Source: Octopus sinensis
Taxonomy: Eukaryota
Assembly: GCF_006345805.1 (NCBI RefSeq)
Contig: NW_021835026.1
Span: forward strand, 1-51,646
DNA: 51,646 bases
Direction: 5' to 3'
A model generated the notes under the pieces. It was not told the DNA's origin and did no database searches. It saw nothing but the letters and a program-made list of their open reading frames with translations. The stretch's first letter is position 1, and each line of letters opens with the position of its first letter. This document shows positions 27,901 through 40,013 of the stretch, piece after piece. A program made the position numbers and the translations under genes.

Positions 27901-28250
27901 CAACAGTAATGATAGCAATAATAACACAATAACAACAACAGTAATGACAGCAATAATAACCACAATAACAACAACAGTAATGATAGCAATAATAACCACA
28001 ATAACAACAACAGTAATGACAGCAATAATAACCACAATAACAACAACAGTAATGACAGCAATAATAACCACAATAACAACAACAATAATGATAGCAATAA
28101 TAACCACAATAACAACAACAATAATGACAGCAATAATAACCACAATAACAACAACAATAATGATAGCAATAATAACCACAATAACAACAACAATAATGAT
28201 AGCAATAATAACCACAATAACAACAACAGTAATGATAGTAACAATAACAA
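24970..28250. repeat. 36-bp minisatellite, consensus aataataaccacaataacaacaac(a/-)(g/a)taatga(t/c)agc, roughly 90 units
   Basis: Unit aataataaccacaataacaacaacagtaatgatagc is visible throughout and degrades into (AAC/AAT)n at both edges (24770-24970, 28250-28520). Confidence 0.97.
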
Positions 28251-28849
28251 CAATAACAATATCAATATCAATAATATTCACAATAACAATAGCAATTATA
28301 ACCGCAATAACGACAACAGCTAAATTATAACAAAATCATAACAACAAAAATAGCAAAAATATAAAAGTAACATTTATGGCAACAACAGGGCTAATTGTAA
28401 CAAATACAACAACAAATACAACAACAATATATATACAACAGCAATAACAATAACAACGGCGATAACAACAACAACAACAATTATAACATCTAAAACAACA
28501 ACTACAACAAAATATAATTCTAACATCAAATACTGTAATACATTAAACAGTTCTTAGTGAACCTAAATAATTGCTGTATTTTTATATATGTTGTTTTTTA
28601 CAGTGTTTGCGTGTTGTTGTTTTTTTCCTATTGTTGACGTTAATCAGCCGCTCCTAAAATGGCGGTTGACCTTTTTTTGTGACATTTTCAATGTAAGATT
28701 AATATTCCACTTGCTATTGTTCCTTATTATCATCTCTTCATTATTTTCTTTTTGTTTCACTGACATTCATATGATAGAGTTTTACCTTTAACAGGTAAAA
28801 TCATACGTAAATAAGAAAAATGGGCTTTTAAGCGAGTATTTTACATATG

Positions 28850-29001
28850 TGCCTATGCGTATGTGTTTATGTATTAATGTGTGTACATATATTTGTGTTT
28901 ACGCATATGTGTATGTTCGTGTGCATGCATGTATGCGTGTATATTTGTGTATATATGTATGCTTCTCTTTATACACACGTATATGTATGTGTGTATGTAT
29001 G

Positions 29002-29032
<31 letters not shown>

Positions 29033-29396
29033 GTATATATGTATGTATGTATGTATGGATGTATGCATGCATGCATGTATGTATGTATGTATGCATGCAT
29101 GCATGCATGTATGTATGTATGTATGTATGTATGCATGCATGTATGTATGTATGTATGTATGTATGTATGCATGCATGCATGCATGTATGTATGTATGTAT
29201 GCATGTATGTATGTATGTATGTATGTATGTATGTATGTATGTATGCATGCATGTATGTATGTATGCATGCATGTATGTATGTATGCATGTATGTATGTAT
29301 GTATGTATGTATGTATGCATGTATGTATGTATGTATGTATGTATGTATGTATGTATGTATGTATGTATGATGTATGTATGTATGTATGTATGTATG

Positions 29397-29430
<34 letters not shown>

Positions 29431-29578
29431 TGTATGTATGTACGTATGTATGTATGTATGTATGCATGCATGCATGCATGTATGTATGTATTATGCATGC
29501 ATGTATGTAGTATGTATGATGTATGTATGTATGTATGTATGATGCAGGTGTATGTATGTGTGTATGTATGTATGTGTG

Positions 29579-29612
<34 letters not shown>

Positions 29613-29650
29613 TGTATGTACGTATGTATGTATGTATGTATGTATGTATG

Positions 29651-29684
<34 letters not shown>

Positions 29685-30246
29685 TGCATGCATGCATGCA
29701 TGCATGTATGTATGTATGTATGCATGCATGTATGTATGTATGTATGTATGTATGTATGTATGTATGTATGTATGTATGTATGTTTGTATGTATGCATAAT
29801 TGTACGTATGTAGGTGTGTATATTTGTATGTAAGTGTATGTATGGTTGTGTTTATGCACGCGTATATGTATGTATGCATCTATACTTCTGCATACGCGTA
29901 TGTGTATACATATACGTGTGTGTGTATATGTGTGTGTATGTATGTTTATATTATACACGTATGTATGTATGTATATCTGTGCGTGTATATTTGTGTGTGT
30001 GTATATGTATATGTGTTTGTATTTATGCATGTGTGTGTCTGTGTGTGTTTATTTGCGTGTTTGTATGTGTATGTATATTTGCACGACTATACGTAAGTGT
30101 GTATATTAATCTGTATCTGTATTACTTACGTATGCATGCATGCATGCATGTGTCTATGTCTTTGCATATGTAAGTATGTATGTTTGTGCGTGCATTTTCG
30201 TCTGTACGCATGTAAGAATTCGTGTGTGTATGTATATACATGTGGT

Positions 30247-30277
<31 letters not shown>

Positions 30278-30327
30278 TTGCACACACATATACATACATA
30301 AATACATACATATAATATATGTGTGTG

Positions 30328-30365
<38 letters not shown>

Positions 30366-30370
30366 GTATA
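28850..30370. repeat. Long (TATG)n/(CATG)n tetranucleotide array with degenerate flanks
   Basis: Directly visible. Confidence 0.97.
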
Positions 30371-30534
30371 TAGGTTTGTAAGTATTTTGCTATGAGTGTA
30401 TGTGTGGGGATGTTTGAATAAACGTGTAACTATTTTCGTCCGTGAGTATTAATATGTAGACACAACAATTACGTTATTAACTATTTATACAGCAATTTGT
30501 AATATATATATATATTATATATATAATATATATA

Positions 30535-32950
30535 GGAGATAATAAAAATATATGCATACATACAAACATATATGTACGTACCTACATCTACATGTATATA
30601 CATGCATATATAAATAATTATACGGAAGTACAGGACATCACAATAAGACGTAGAAACGAAAAAGCCAAAAAACAAAAAACAAGAAAACGGAAAACGAAAA
30701 ACAGATACAGGACAGGTTACACAAGGACAACCCCCGTCATCAGCTGTCGCTAAGGAGTCAGGCATGTTTCGAAGGCATAACAGAACACTAATCCAATAGG
30801 CCTTCCTGCGAGAGAATTAAAATAAAATTTCAAGCAGCGGGGCACAATGAGTACGAACACAAACAAGACGTAACATAAGACTGCAAAAATAAAAATACAT
30901 GTACAAAACAAACACAAGAGGACGAACGAAAAAGCCTTTTTTCTGGCATAGACAAACAATAAAACTGCAAAAATAAAAATACATGTACAAAAAGTACAAT
31001 TAGTTACAAAACGAGAAAATAACAGAATACTATACAGAAATTAACCACACAAGGGGACGAACGAAGAAGCCTTTTGCTGGCAAGGACGAAAGTGTAGTAG
31101 CAGCGCGTGGAGGCAGTCTTTTCAATAGTGGTAACCACGTGTAAAGGAATTTTGTTTTATAGGCAAGGAAGGGGAAGGAGGAGGGGGACACGCGGCGAAG
31201 AGAGGAGGAGGAGGGGAGGGGAAAGATTGAAGAGGTTAAAGCAAAGGAGAGAGTACCGCATCTTCATATATAATATTAATATAAAAAAAGGGGACCAAGA
31301 AGTGGATCGAAACGACGAATCGGAACGAACCTGATGCGGGGCGCTGTCAGACAATAAGGAGATAAATAAAAATATATGCATACATACAAACATATATGTA
31401 CGTACCTACATCTACATGTATATATACATGCATATATAAATAATTATACGGAGTACAGGACATCACAATAAGACGTAGAAACAGAAAAAAGCCAAAAAAC
31501 AAAAAACAAGAAAACGGAAAACGAAAAACAGATACAGGACAGGTTACACAAGGACAAAACCCCCGTCATCATCAGCTGTCGCTAGAGGAGTCAGCATGTT
31601 TCGAAGGCATAACAGAACACTAATCCAATAGGCCTTCCTGCGAGAGAATTAAAATAAAATTTCAAGCAGCGGGGCACAATGAGTACGAACACAAACAAGA
31701 CGTAACAATAAGACTGCAAAATTAAAATACATGTACAAAACAAACACAAGAGGACGAACGAAAAAGCTTTTTTCTGGCATAGACAAACAATAAAACTGCA
31801 AAAATAAAAATAATGTACAAAAAGTACAATTAGTTACAAAACGAGAAAATAACAAGAATACTATACAGAAATTAACCACACAAGGGGACGAACGAAGAAG
31901 CCTTTTGCTGCAATGACGAAAGTGTAGTAGCAGCGCGTGGAGGCAGTCTTTTCAATAGTGGTAACCACGTGTAAAGGAATTTTGTTTTATAGGCAAGGAA
32001 GGGGAAGGAGGAGGGGGACACGCGGCGAAGAGAGAGAGGAGGGGGAGGGAGAAAGATTGAAGAGGTTAAAGCAAAGGGAGAGAGTACCGCATCTTCAATA
32101 TAATACTATTAATATAAAAAAAGGGGACCAAGAAGTGGATCGAAACGACGAATCGGAACGAACCTGATGCGGGGCGCTGTCAGACAATAAGGAGATAAAT
32201 AAAAATATATGCATACATACAAACATATATGTACGTACCTACATCTACATGTATATATACATGCATATATAAATAATTATACGGAAGTACAGGACATCAC
32301 AATAAGACGTAGAAACAGAAAAAGCAAAAACAAAAAACAAGAAAACGGAAAACGAAAAACAGATACAGGACAGGTTACACAAGGACAAACCCCCGTCATC
32401 AGCTGTCGCTAGAGGAGTCAGGCATGTTTCGAAGGCATAACAGAACACTAATCCAATAGGCTTCCTGCGAGAGAATTAAAATAAAATTTCAAGCAGCGGG
32501 GCACAATGAGTACGAACACAACAAGACGTAACAATAAGACTGCAAAATTAAAATACATGTACAAAAACAAACACAAGAGGACGAACGAAAAAGCCTTTTT
32601 TCTGGCATAGACAAAATAAAACTGCAAAATAAAAATACATCTACAAAAAGTACAATTAGTTTACAAACGAGAAAATAACAAGAATACTATACAGGAAATT
32701 AACCACACAAGGGGACGAACGAAGAAGCCTTTTGCTGGCAAGGACGAAAGTGTAGTAGCAGCGCGTGGAGGCAGTCTTTTCAATAGTGGTAACCACGTGT
32801 AAAGGAATTTTGTTTTATAGGCAAGGAAGGGGGAAGGAGGAGGGGGACACGCGGCGAAGAGAGAGAGGAGGGGGAGGGAAAAGATTGAAGAGGTTAAGCA
32901 AAGGGAGAGAGTACCGCATCTTCTTCAATATAATAATATTAATATAAAAA
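30535..32950. repeat. Tandem array of ~830-bp units (2.9 copies)
   Basis: Unit starts ggagat at 30535, 31358 and 32191 (periods 823 and 833). The third copy stops at ..attaatataaaaa before (TA)(GA)(GACA)(GATA)n. Differences are mostly 1-bp indels. Confidence 0.97.
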
Positions 32951-32961
32951 TATATATATAT

Positions 32962-33000
<39 letters not shown>

Positions 33001-33029
33001 AACAGACAGAGACAGACAGACAAACAGAC

Positions 33030-33105
<76 letters not shown>

Positions 33106-33392
33106 GCTTACGCATACAGATATAGACGCATATATTTACATATAGATGTGTGTTTGTAATTCTGCGTCGTGTAACACATACGCGAAAATTTATTTTTTAG
33201 TCATTGTCTTAACACAAGCCACAAACTCCCCCCTATCTTCCTCCTCCTCTCCTCCTCATCATCATCGTCATCGTTATTGTCGTTGTCGTCGTCGACGTCA
33301 GCAGCAGCACTACCGCTAACCCCCCCTCATCATCAACACTATCATTATTACAAAAACGTTAATAACCTGATACGCAAACGCAGACACGTACG

Positions 33393-33449
<57 letters not shown>

Positions 33450-33470
33450 CTACACTCACACACATATATA

Positions 33471-33890
33471 TTACTCTTTTACTCTCTTTTACTCTTTTAC
33501 TTGTTTCAGTCATTTGACTGCGGCCATGCTGGAGCACCGCCTTTCATCGAGCAACCCGACCCCGAGACTTATTCTTTAGTAAGCCCAGTACTTATTCTAT
33601 CGGTCTCTTTTGCCGAACCGCTAAGTAACGGGGACATAAACACACCAGCATCGGTTATCAAGCAATGCTAGGGGAACAAACACAGACACACAAACACACA
33701 CACTTATATATATATACATATATATACGACGGGCTTCTTTCAGTTTCCGTCTACCAAATCCACTCACAAGGCTTTGGTCGGCCCGAGGTTATAGTAGAAG
33801 ACACTTGGCCCAAGTGCCACGCAGTGGGACTGAACCCGAACCATGTGGTTGGTTAGCAAGCTACTTACCACACAGCCACTCCTGCGCCTA
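33471..33890 (-). mobile_element. SINE family B, full length, young-looking
   Basis: Tail (ttactct)n ttacttgtttcagtcatttgactgcggcc through head cacagccactcctgcgccta. Confidence 0.95.
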
Positions 33891-34508
33891 TATATATATA
33901 CATATATATACATATATATATATACATATATGCACATTTATATACATATATAGATATACATATACATATACACACATTATATATATATATATTATATATA
34001 TATATATACATATATATATACACACACACACACATGTGGTTGGTTAGCAAGCTACTTACCACACAGCCACTCCTGCGCCTATATATATACATATATATAA
34101 TATACATATGGCACCATTTATATACATATATAGATATACATATACATATACACACATTATATATATATATATTATATATATATATATATATACATATATA
34201 TTATACACACACACATATATATACATATATATATACATATATGCACATTTATTACATATATATATACATATACCACACTTATATATATATATATATATTA
34301 TATATATATATATATACATATATATATACATCTATATAACATATATATATATTATACATATATATATACATATAATGCACATTTATATACATATAATATA
34401 TACATATACATATACACACAATAATAGATATATTATTATATATACATATATATATAAATATATGCACATTTATATACAATATATATATACATATACATAT
34501 ACACACAT

Positions 34509-34540
<32 letters not shown>

Positions 34541-34560
34541 ATTATGTATTTATATATATA
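33841..34560. repeat. Local tandem duplication of the SINE-B head plus TA-rich flank, decaying into a compound minisatellite
   Basis: catgtggttggttagcaagctacttaccacacagccactcctgcgccta occurs at 33842 and 34033; the marker (t)gcacattta recurs at about 33932, 34242, 34377 and 34463, with a variant near 34110. Confidence 0.85.
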
Positions 34561-35061
34561 TATATATATATTTGTGTATAATATATATGTATATATATAT
34601 ATATGTATATATATATATACATATTATATATATACATATATATATATATATCTACATATATATATACACAAATATATATATATATATATATAAATATACA
34701 TATATATATATATATACACTCACACCCACATATATATATATAACAATAGCGTAGATGTGTGTGTATTTGTGTATAAGATTATTGTGTGTGTGTGCGCGCG
34801 TGCGAGACGACTTGTAGTTCGCTTTTTAATGGTTTCACACACTTCGTCTAATTAGTGTGATGAACTGTGATCATTAGTGGCAAAAGTTAAATAAAGGTGG
34901 CTGATGCGTTAATTACGAGTGTGAATCACGTGATTAACTTAAGTAGATGGAGTGACATCTGCTATGCCAAGCGTGGCCATGGCTACGAACGTCAGTTTGT
35001 CGCTATTTGCTTTGTTAAGAGATGTCGAAATAATATTCAATAGTTCTTATCGTTCTTTGGC

Positions 35062-35508
35062 TTTTATTTGCTTCAGTCATTGGAATGCGGCCATGCTGGG
35101 GCACTGCCTCGAAGTGTGTTGCACAAATCGACTCCATTACTTCTTTTTATTTTGGCTGGTTTTTGTTTCTTTTGTGTGTGTGTGTTTTGTTTTTTTAGAT
35201 TTCAAGTTTAGTTCCTATTCTATTGTTCACTTTTGCCGAAACGTTAGTCTACAGGGACGTAAACAAACCGACGCCGGTTGTCATGTTGCGGAGGATGACA
35301 AACGACATAAACACAAGACATACACACGCGCGCACACGCACGCACATACACACATACGTCGAGCATCTCTCAGTTTCTATGTACGAAATTCAACTATATG
35401 TCTACCTGGAGCTATAATAGAAGATACTTGCCCAAGGTGCCGCGTTGTGGGACTGAACCCGGATCCATATAGTTGGGAAACAAACTTCTTACCACACAGC
35501 CATGTCTA
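35062..35508 (-). mobile_element. Diverged SINE family B copy
   Basis: cttcagtcattggaatgcggccatgctggggcac .. cccaaggtgccgcgttgtgggactgaaccc .. accacacagcc. Confidence 0.85.
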
Positions 35509-35815
35509 TGTATCGATGATTAATGAATAAAGATTTCTCATATTCTCTTTATAAACGAAACTAGGGTCACCCGAGTCTTTTACAAAAAACATAGAAACAT
35601 AAAGGATAAAAAACGTAAATAGACAAACTGCTCCATTATATATTTCTAGTGCATATATATATATATATATATAATTATTATATATATATATATATATATG
35701 CAATATATATTTCTAATGCATATATAACATATATATATATATATGCAATATATATTTCTAATGCATATATATATTTAAATATATAATATATATATATATA
35801 TTATATAATATATAT

Positions 35816-35856
<41 letters not shown>

Positions 35857-36673
35857 GATAATATTATATATACATATATATTATGCATATAAGGGTATAT
35901 GACGTCATCAACTATGTAAACTACATGAAATACTAAAACAAACTAGTTAAATACGCAAACAACGAGAGAACAAATGGAAAACAGGACATTTAAACACAGA
36001 AAACGACCCTTCATCAGTTGTCAGTTGTCTAGCTACTCCTCATTTCGAGCATTCAGCGACAATATGTGTCTTCAAAGACAGTTGCTCACATGAATTCCAA
36101 AATAAAATGTAGGACTATTGCCGGTTTGAGAACGCATTAAAATTAAAATGAGTGTGAAAAATTCGATATTAATTAAACCGGCAAAATCTACTGCAGTAAA
36201 TTATTTTATGCAGTATTATTTTCGGTAATTTAGCTCACCAAAACGAGAACTTTCGAAAGATACCACAAGTGTAACAAGTAGAACTACATACATGTTCAAT
36301 CTTGTGCGGATGTCTGGTGTATAGTTCTGCAGATTATATTTGTATGGACGATCATACTTAAGATCTACAGACAAATTGCGTAAGTAAAATTACGTAATCT
36401 GTTAATAGTGAAACATTGTTTATGATTAATCTATATTTTTGTTATTTTTCATTTGTCTTGTTCGCTTAAGTTTCTTGTGTCTGCTAAATTTTCTTGAGAA
36501 CATTTCTTAGTGGTAAGACCATAGCGGATCTACTTGTAGCATTTGGGTATCCACATATTGGTAATCCCCCTTATATGTATGTAATACTATTTACTGAACC
36601 TCAGTTTTTTAATATGCTAGACCACTGGTGTTAAATTAATGTTATAAAATTAATATCCAATTTTTCACCCTCA

Positions 36674-36720
<47 letters not shown>

Positions 36721-37022
36721 TAATATAGGATAATTTTTTCGAAAAAGAATTCTATCAATGGCCAGCATATTAAAAAAATACCTTTATATATATATATATA
36801 TATATTAAACATTTGCGGCCGTGGTGCTTATAAACCGTTTAAGGAACACACAAAAGCCGTTAGATTCACTTCAACATTTAAATTTAATTTGCCAATATAT
36901 TTTCGTCGCTTTGAGGCCGCGACCAGACAAAATTCCGTGCTTATAACCGCCTTCCACGCTGCAATTGTTTTCGTTCCAGCACATGATCTCAGAACAGGTC
37001 ACTTGCTATGCAAGTACATCTC

Positions 37023-37068
<46 letters not shown>

Positions 37069-37297
37069 TAAGTATTCTACCTCCATTGTAAACCTCCTCG
37101 TCGTGGTCGTTGTCATCGACGCCGCTGTATACACTACCATCAGCAGCACCAGCATCGTCCTCCTCCATCTCTTCTCCCTCCTCCTACTCCTCATCATCCT
37201 CATCATCATCCTCACATTTACGGGATCGATACAATTCGCAAGTCGCTGCTCCTGTTCATTTTTTATTATGTTGTCGTTACTTTATATTCTGTGTGTA

Positions 37298-37339
37298 TAG
37301 ATAGATGGAAAGATAGACAGATAGACAGATAGATAGATC

Positions 37340-37410
<71 letters not shown>

Positions 37411-37451
37411 CGATAGATCGAAAGATAGACAGATTAGCAGATAGATAGATC

Positions 37452-37539
<88 letters not shown>

Positions 37540-37542
37540 TGT
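37298..37542. repeat. (GATA)n array with diagnostic variants; left copy of the putative TSD
   Basis: Contains atcgaaagatagacagattagcagatagatagatcgatag at 37417 and ends agatatgt at 37542. Confidence 0.95.
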
Positions 37543-38473
37543 TTCTTTATTCGCACACAGGGCTGCACACAGATAAACAAATTACAAGGTAGAGCTTTTC
37601 TTTTGAAGGTTTAAAAAAAAAAATAATAATAAAATAATAAAAATAAAATAAAATAAAAAAAATGGGGGGGTCGATCAAAAGGGATCGTAAAAGGAGAGAA
37701 AGAGGACAAAAAAAGGGGGGGTTAAAAAAAAAGGAGGAGAGAAAAAATTGATCAATAGGATCGTTATCACAGAAATGTCAATATGAAGTGTAAAGGGAGG
37801 ACAGTGAGGTTTACCGTGGGGAAAGAAAAGCCTACGGAAAAGACCACGGTAACCTCGTCAATGAAGTCACATTTTATATTTCTTTTTTTTTTTTGCAAAT
37901 AAGCAACTCTCTGTATTAATTTTTACGGTTCATAGAATCATAGTCAAGGTGGCTTCGTCATTCATACGTGCCATCCTTGCTACATTCACCCATCTTTTTT
38001 TGAAACATTCACTAGACAAAACTTGCCTCTCTACTCTCACTTTTTTCTTCAAGTGATACTTGAAGAAGTTGATGAGAGATTGACCAGAGAGGAAAGTGTT
38101 TGTCTCTAATCCTTTCAGACGCGTCCACCAGATACATTCTTTTCTCGCCATAGCCAAAGTATGATAAAAATAGCTCTTCCTTCCCGTTTGAAGGAAGGAG
38201 GCGTGACGATTTAACGATAGACTCGGCTGATAAACCGACACGTCCCACACGTGACAGCAGTCCGTTCGACATAAGCCCACAAGTGGGAAATTGCTGACAC
38301 TGCACGATTGCGTGCAGAGCGGTTTTCGTCGCTCTGCCCCGCATCTCGGGGCAGGTCGCCCCGTGTTTCTCGAGCCATGCCTATAGACTTATCCCGAACG
38401 GGTAGCGCTTCTCGGTAGCACCGCCATGCCAGGGATCTCTGGAAGTTGTCCATAGGTCCCAGGCCGAAAGTCG
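37543..38473 (-). mobile_element. 5'-truncated Tx1/L1-clade LINE: frameshifted ORF2 C-terminus (zf-RVT-like CCHC) plus 3' UTR
   Basis: Joining frames gives [129 protein letters not shown] (stop at 37930-37932), with a C-x2-C-x8-H-x4-C motif. AATAAA lies at 37551-37546. Confidence 0.88.
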
Positions 38474-38562
<89 letters not shown>

Positions 38563-38595
38563 CGAAAGATAGACAGATTAGCAGATAGATAGATC

Positions 38596-38671
<76 letters not shown>

Positions 38672-38674
38672 TGT
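38474..38674. repeat. (GATA)n array; right copy of the putative TSD
   Basis: Same marker atcgaaagatagacagattagcagatagatagatcgatag at 38561 and same end agatatgt at 38674. Confidence 0.95.
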
Positions 38675-38689
38675 ATATATATACTTATT

Positions 38690-38880
38690 CTTTTATTCTT
38701 TTATTGCTTTACTTGTTTCAGTCATTTGACTGCGGCCATGCTGGAGCACCGCCTTTACTCGAACAAATCAACCCCAGGACTTATTTTTTGTAAGCCTAGT
38801 ACTTATTCTATCGGTCTCTTTTGCCGAACCGTTATGTTACGGGACGTAAACACACCAACATCGGTTGGCCGACAAACACA
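38690..38880 (-). mobile_element. SINE family B, 3' half
   Basis: acttgtttcagtcatttgactgcggccatgctggagcaccgcc..gccgaaccg..acgggacgtaaacacaccaacatcgg. Confidence 0.92.
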
Positions 38881-38889
38881 GATATACAG

Positions 38890-39277
38890 ATACATACATA
38901 CATGATGCATGCGTGCATACATGCATGTATTCATACATGTACATACAAACATATGTACATACATACATATATACACACGCAGGGACGCACACACACACCC
39001 ATACACACATACATACATGCATACATACATACACACATACATACATACATACATGCATGCATACACCATACATACATACATACATCCATACATACATACA
39101 TACATACATACATACATACATGCATACATACATACATCCATCCATACATACATACATACATACATACATACATACATACATACATACATACATCCATCCA
39201 TACATACATACATACATACATACATACATACATACATACATGCATACATACATACATAACATACATACATACATACA

Positions 39278-39310
<33 letters not shown>
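38890..39310. repeat. (TACA)n/(TCCA)n array
   Basis: Directly visible. Confidence 0.97.
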
Positions 39311-39311
<1 letters not shown>

Positions 39312-39645
39312 AGGCAGAATGGTGCCCCGATCAGATATATGAAGTGAGTGATAAACAACTGGAATTAATATCACCCGAACTTATTCCACTTCAAAGCTAA
39401 GCAGCTGCCTCAACAGGTGACTTTTTTGCCCAGAAAATGGCTGTTACAGACAGCAACAGATCTTTTCTGATTCCTGTAACCATTACACATGATCCCGACA
39501 ATATTTCAAGCGAACCAAAACACCACCGCTGTGACGGGCAGGAACGAAAACCGCCACCACCGCCACTACAAGCGCTACCATCACGCGACCCTGTCGGACT
39601 GGTATCTTCGTTTACTCATCCGACAGGGCTAATTATAGAATATAT

Positions 39646-40013
39646 GCAGTATCGCCCGGCGTTGCTCGGGTTTGTAAGGGAAATAACTATATAAGCAGCC
39701 ATCTCAATATGGTTAACCACAAAGGTGGGGTGTTACTGTAGCTTTTTATGTTCTGAGATTTAATAATAAATTTTTAGAGAGTTACTTCCCTTATATATGC
39801 CAAAAATGCATTAAAAATGGGAAAAATTGATGGTAAATTTTTTTTTTAAATCGTAGACTCATCGTAGACGCGCACTAATACCCAGAAGGGCTCGATATGA
39901 ATCACGACTATAAGATACCCGGTTTTGGTTAAACTGCACCGCAAAATGTGGGAGTAGTTAGGAATCTAAATCGTAGGAGACAGACACACAACCTCACTGT
40001 TATATATAAAGAT
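39646..40013 (+). mobile_element. Helentron/HINE-like non-autonomous rolling-circle element
   Basis: The 5' end gcagtatcgcccggcgttgctcggg has the cccg...cggg hairpin typical of Lep1/DINE-1-like elements; the 3' end is gacagacacaca..ttatatataaagat. Family call is from motif memory. Confidence 0.6.

Noticed and set aside
24746-28281. Long ORFs (up to 749 aa), including a Cys/Tyr/His-rich frame resembling a structural protein and a Thr/Ile-rich mucin-like frame
   Set aside because: They are pure translations of the 36-bp unit, which lacks stops in five frames; there are no unique N- or C-terminal domains, and 1-bp indels shift the frames.
30728-30800. Hammerhead ribozyme in the 830-bp unit (minus strand GAAAC...CTGATGA)
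   Set aside because: The motif order would require a type II topology, but there is no GUH site or stem III/stem I between the motifs, and stem II does not close.
31290-31357. Pol III gene in the 830-bp unit (minus strand gtttcgatcc plus T-run)
   Set aside because: It has a B-box-like motif and a terminator, but I found no convincing A box or cloverleaf.
35940-36400. Penelope GIY-YIG remnant (also about 20960-21130)
   Set aside because: Only vague similarity with multiple stops; it needs a tBLASTn/HMM search before it can be called.
39437-39694. 85-aa ORF with a Pro run
   Set aside because: It runs into the HINE-like element, the Pro run comes from (CCG/CCA)n, and no family is recognisable.
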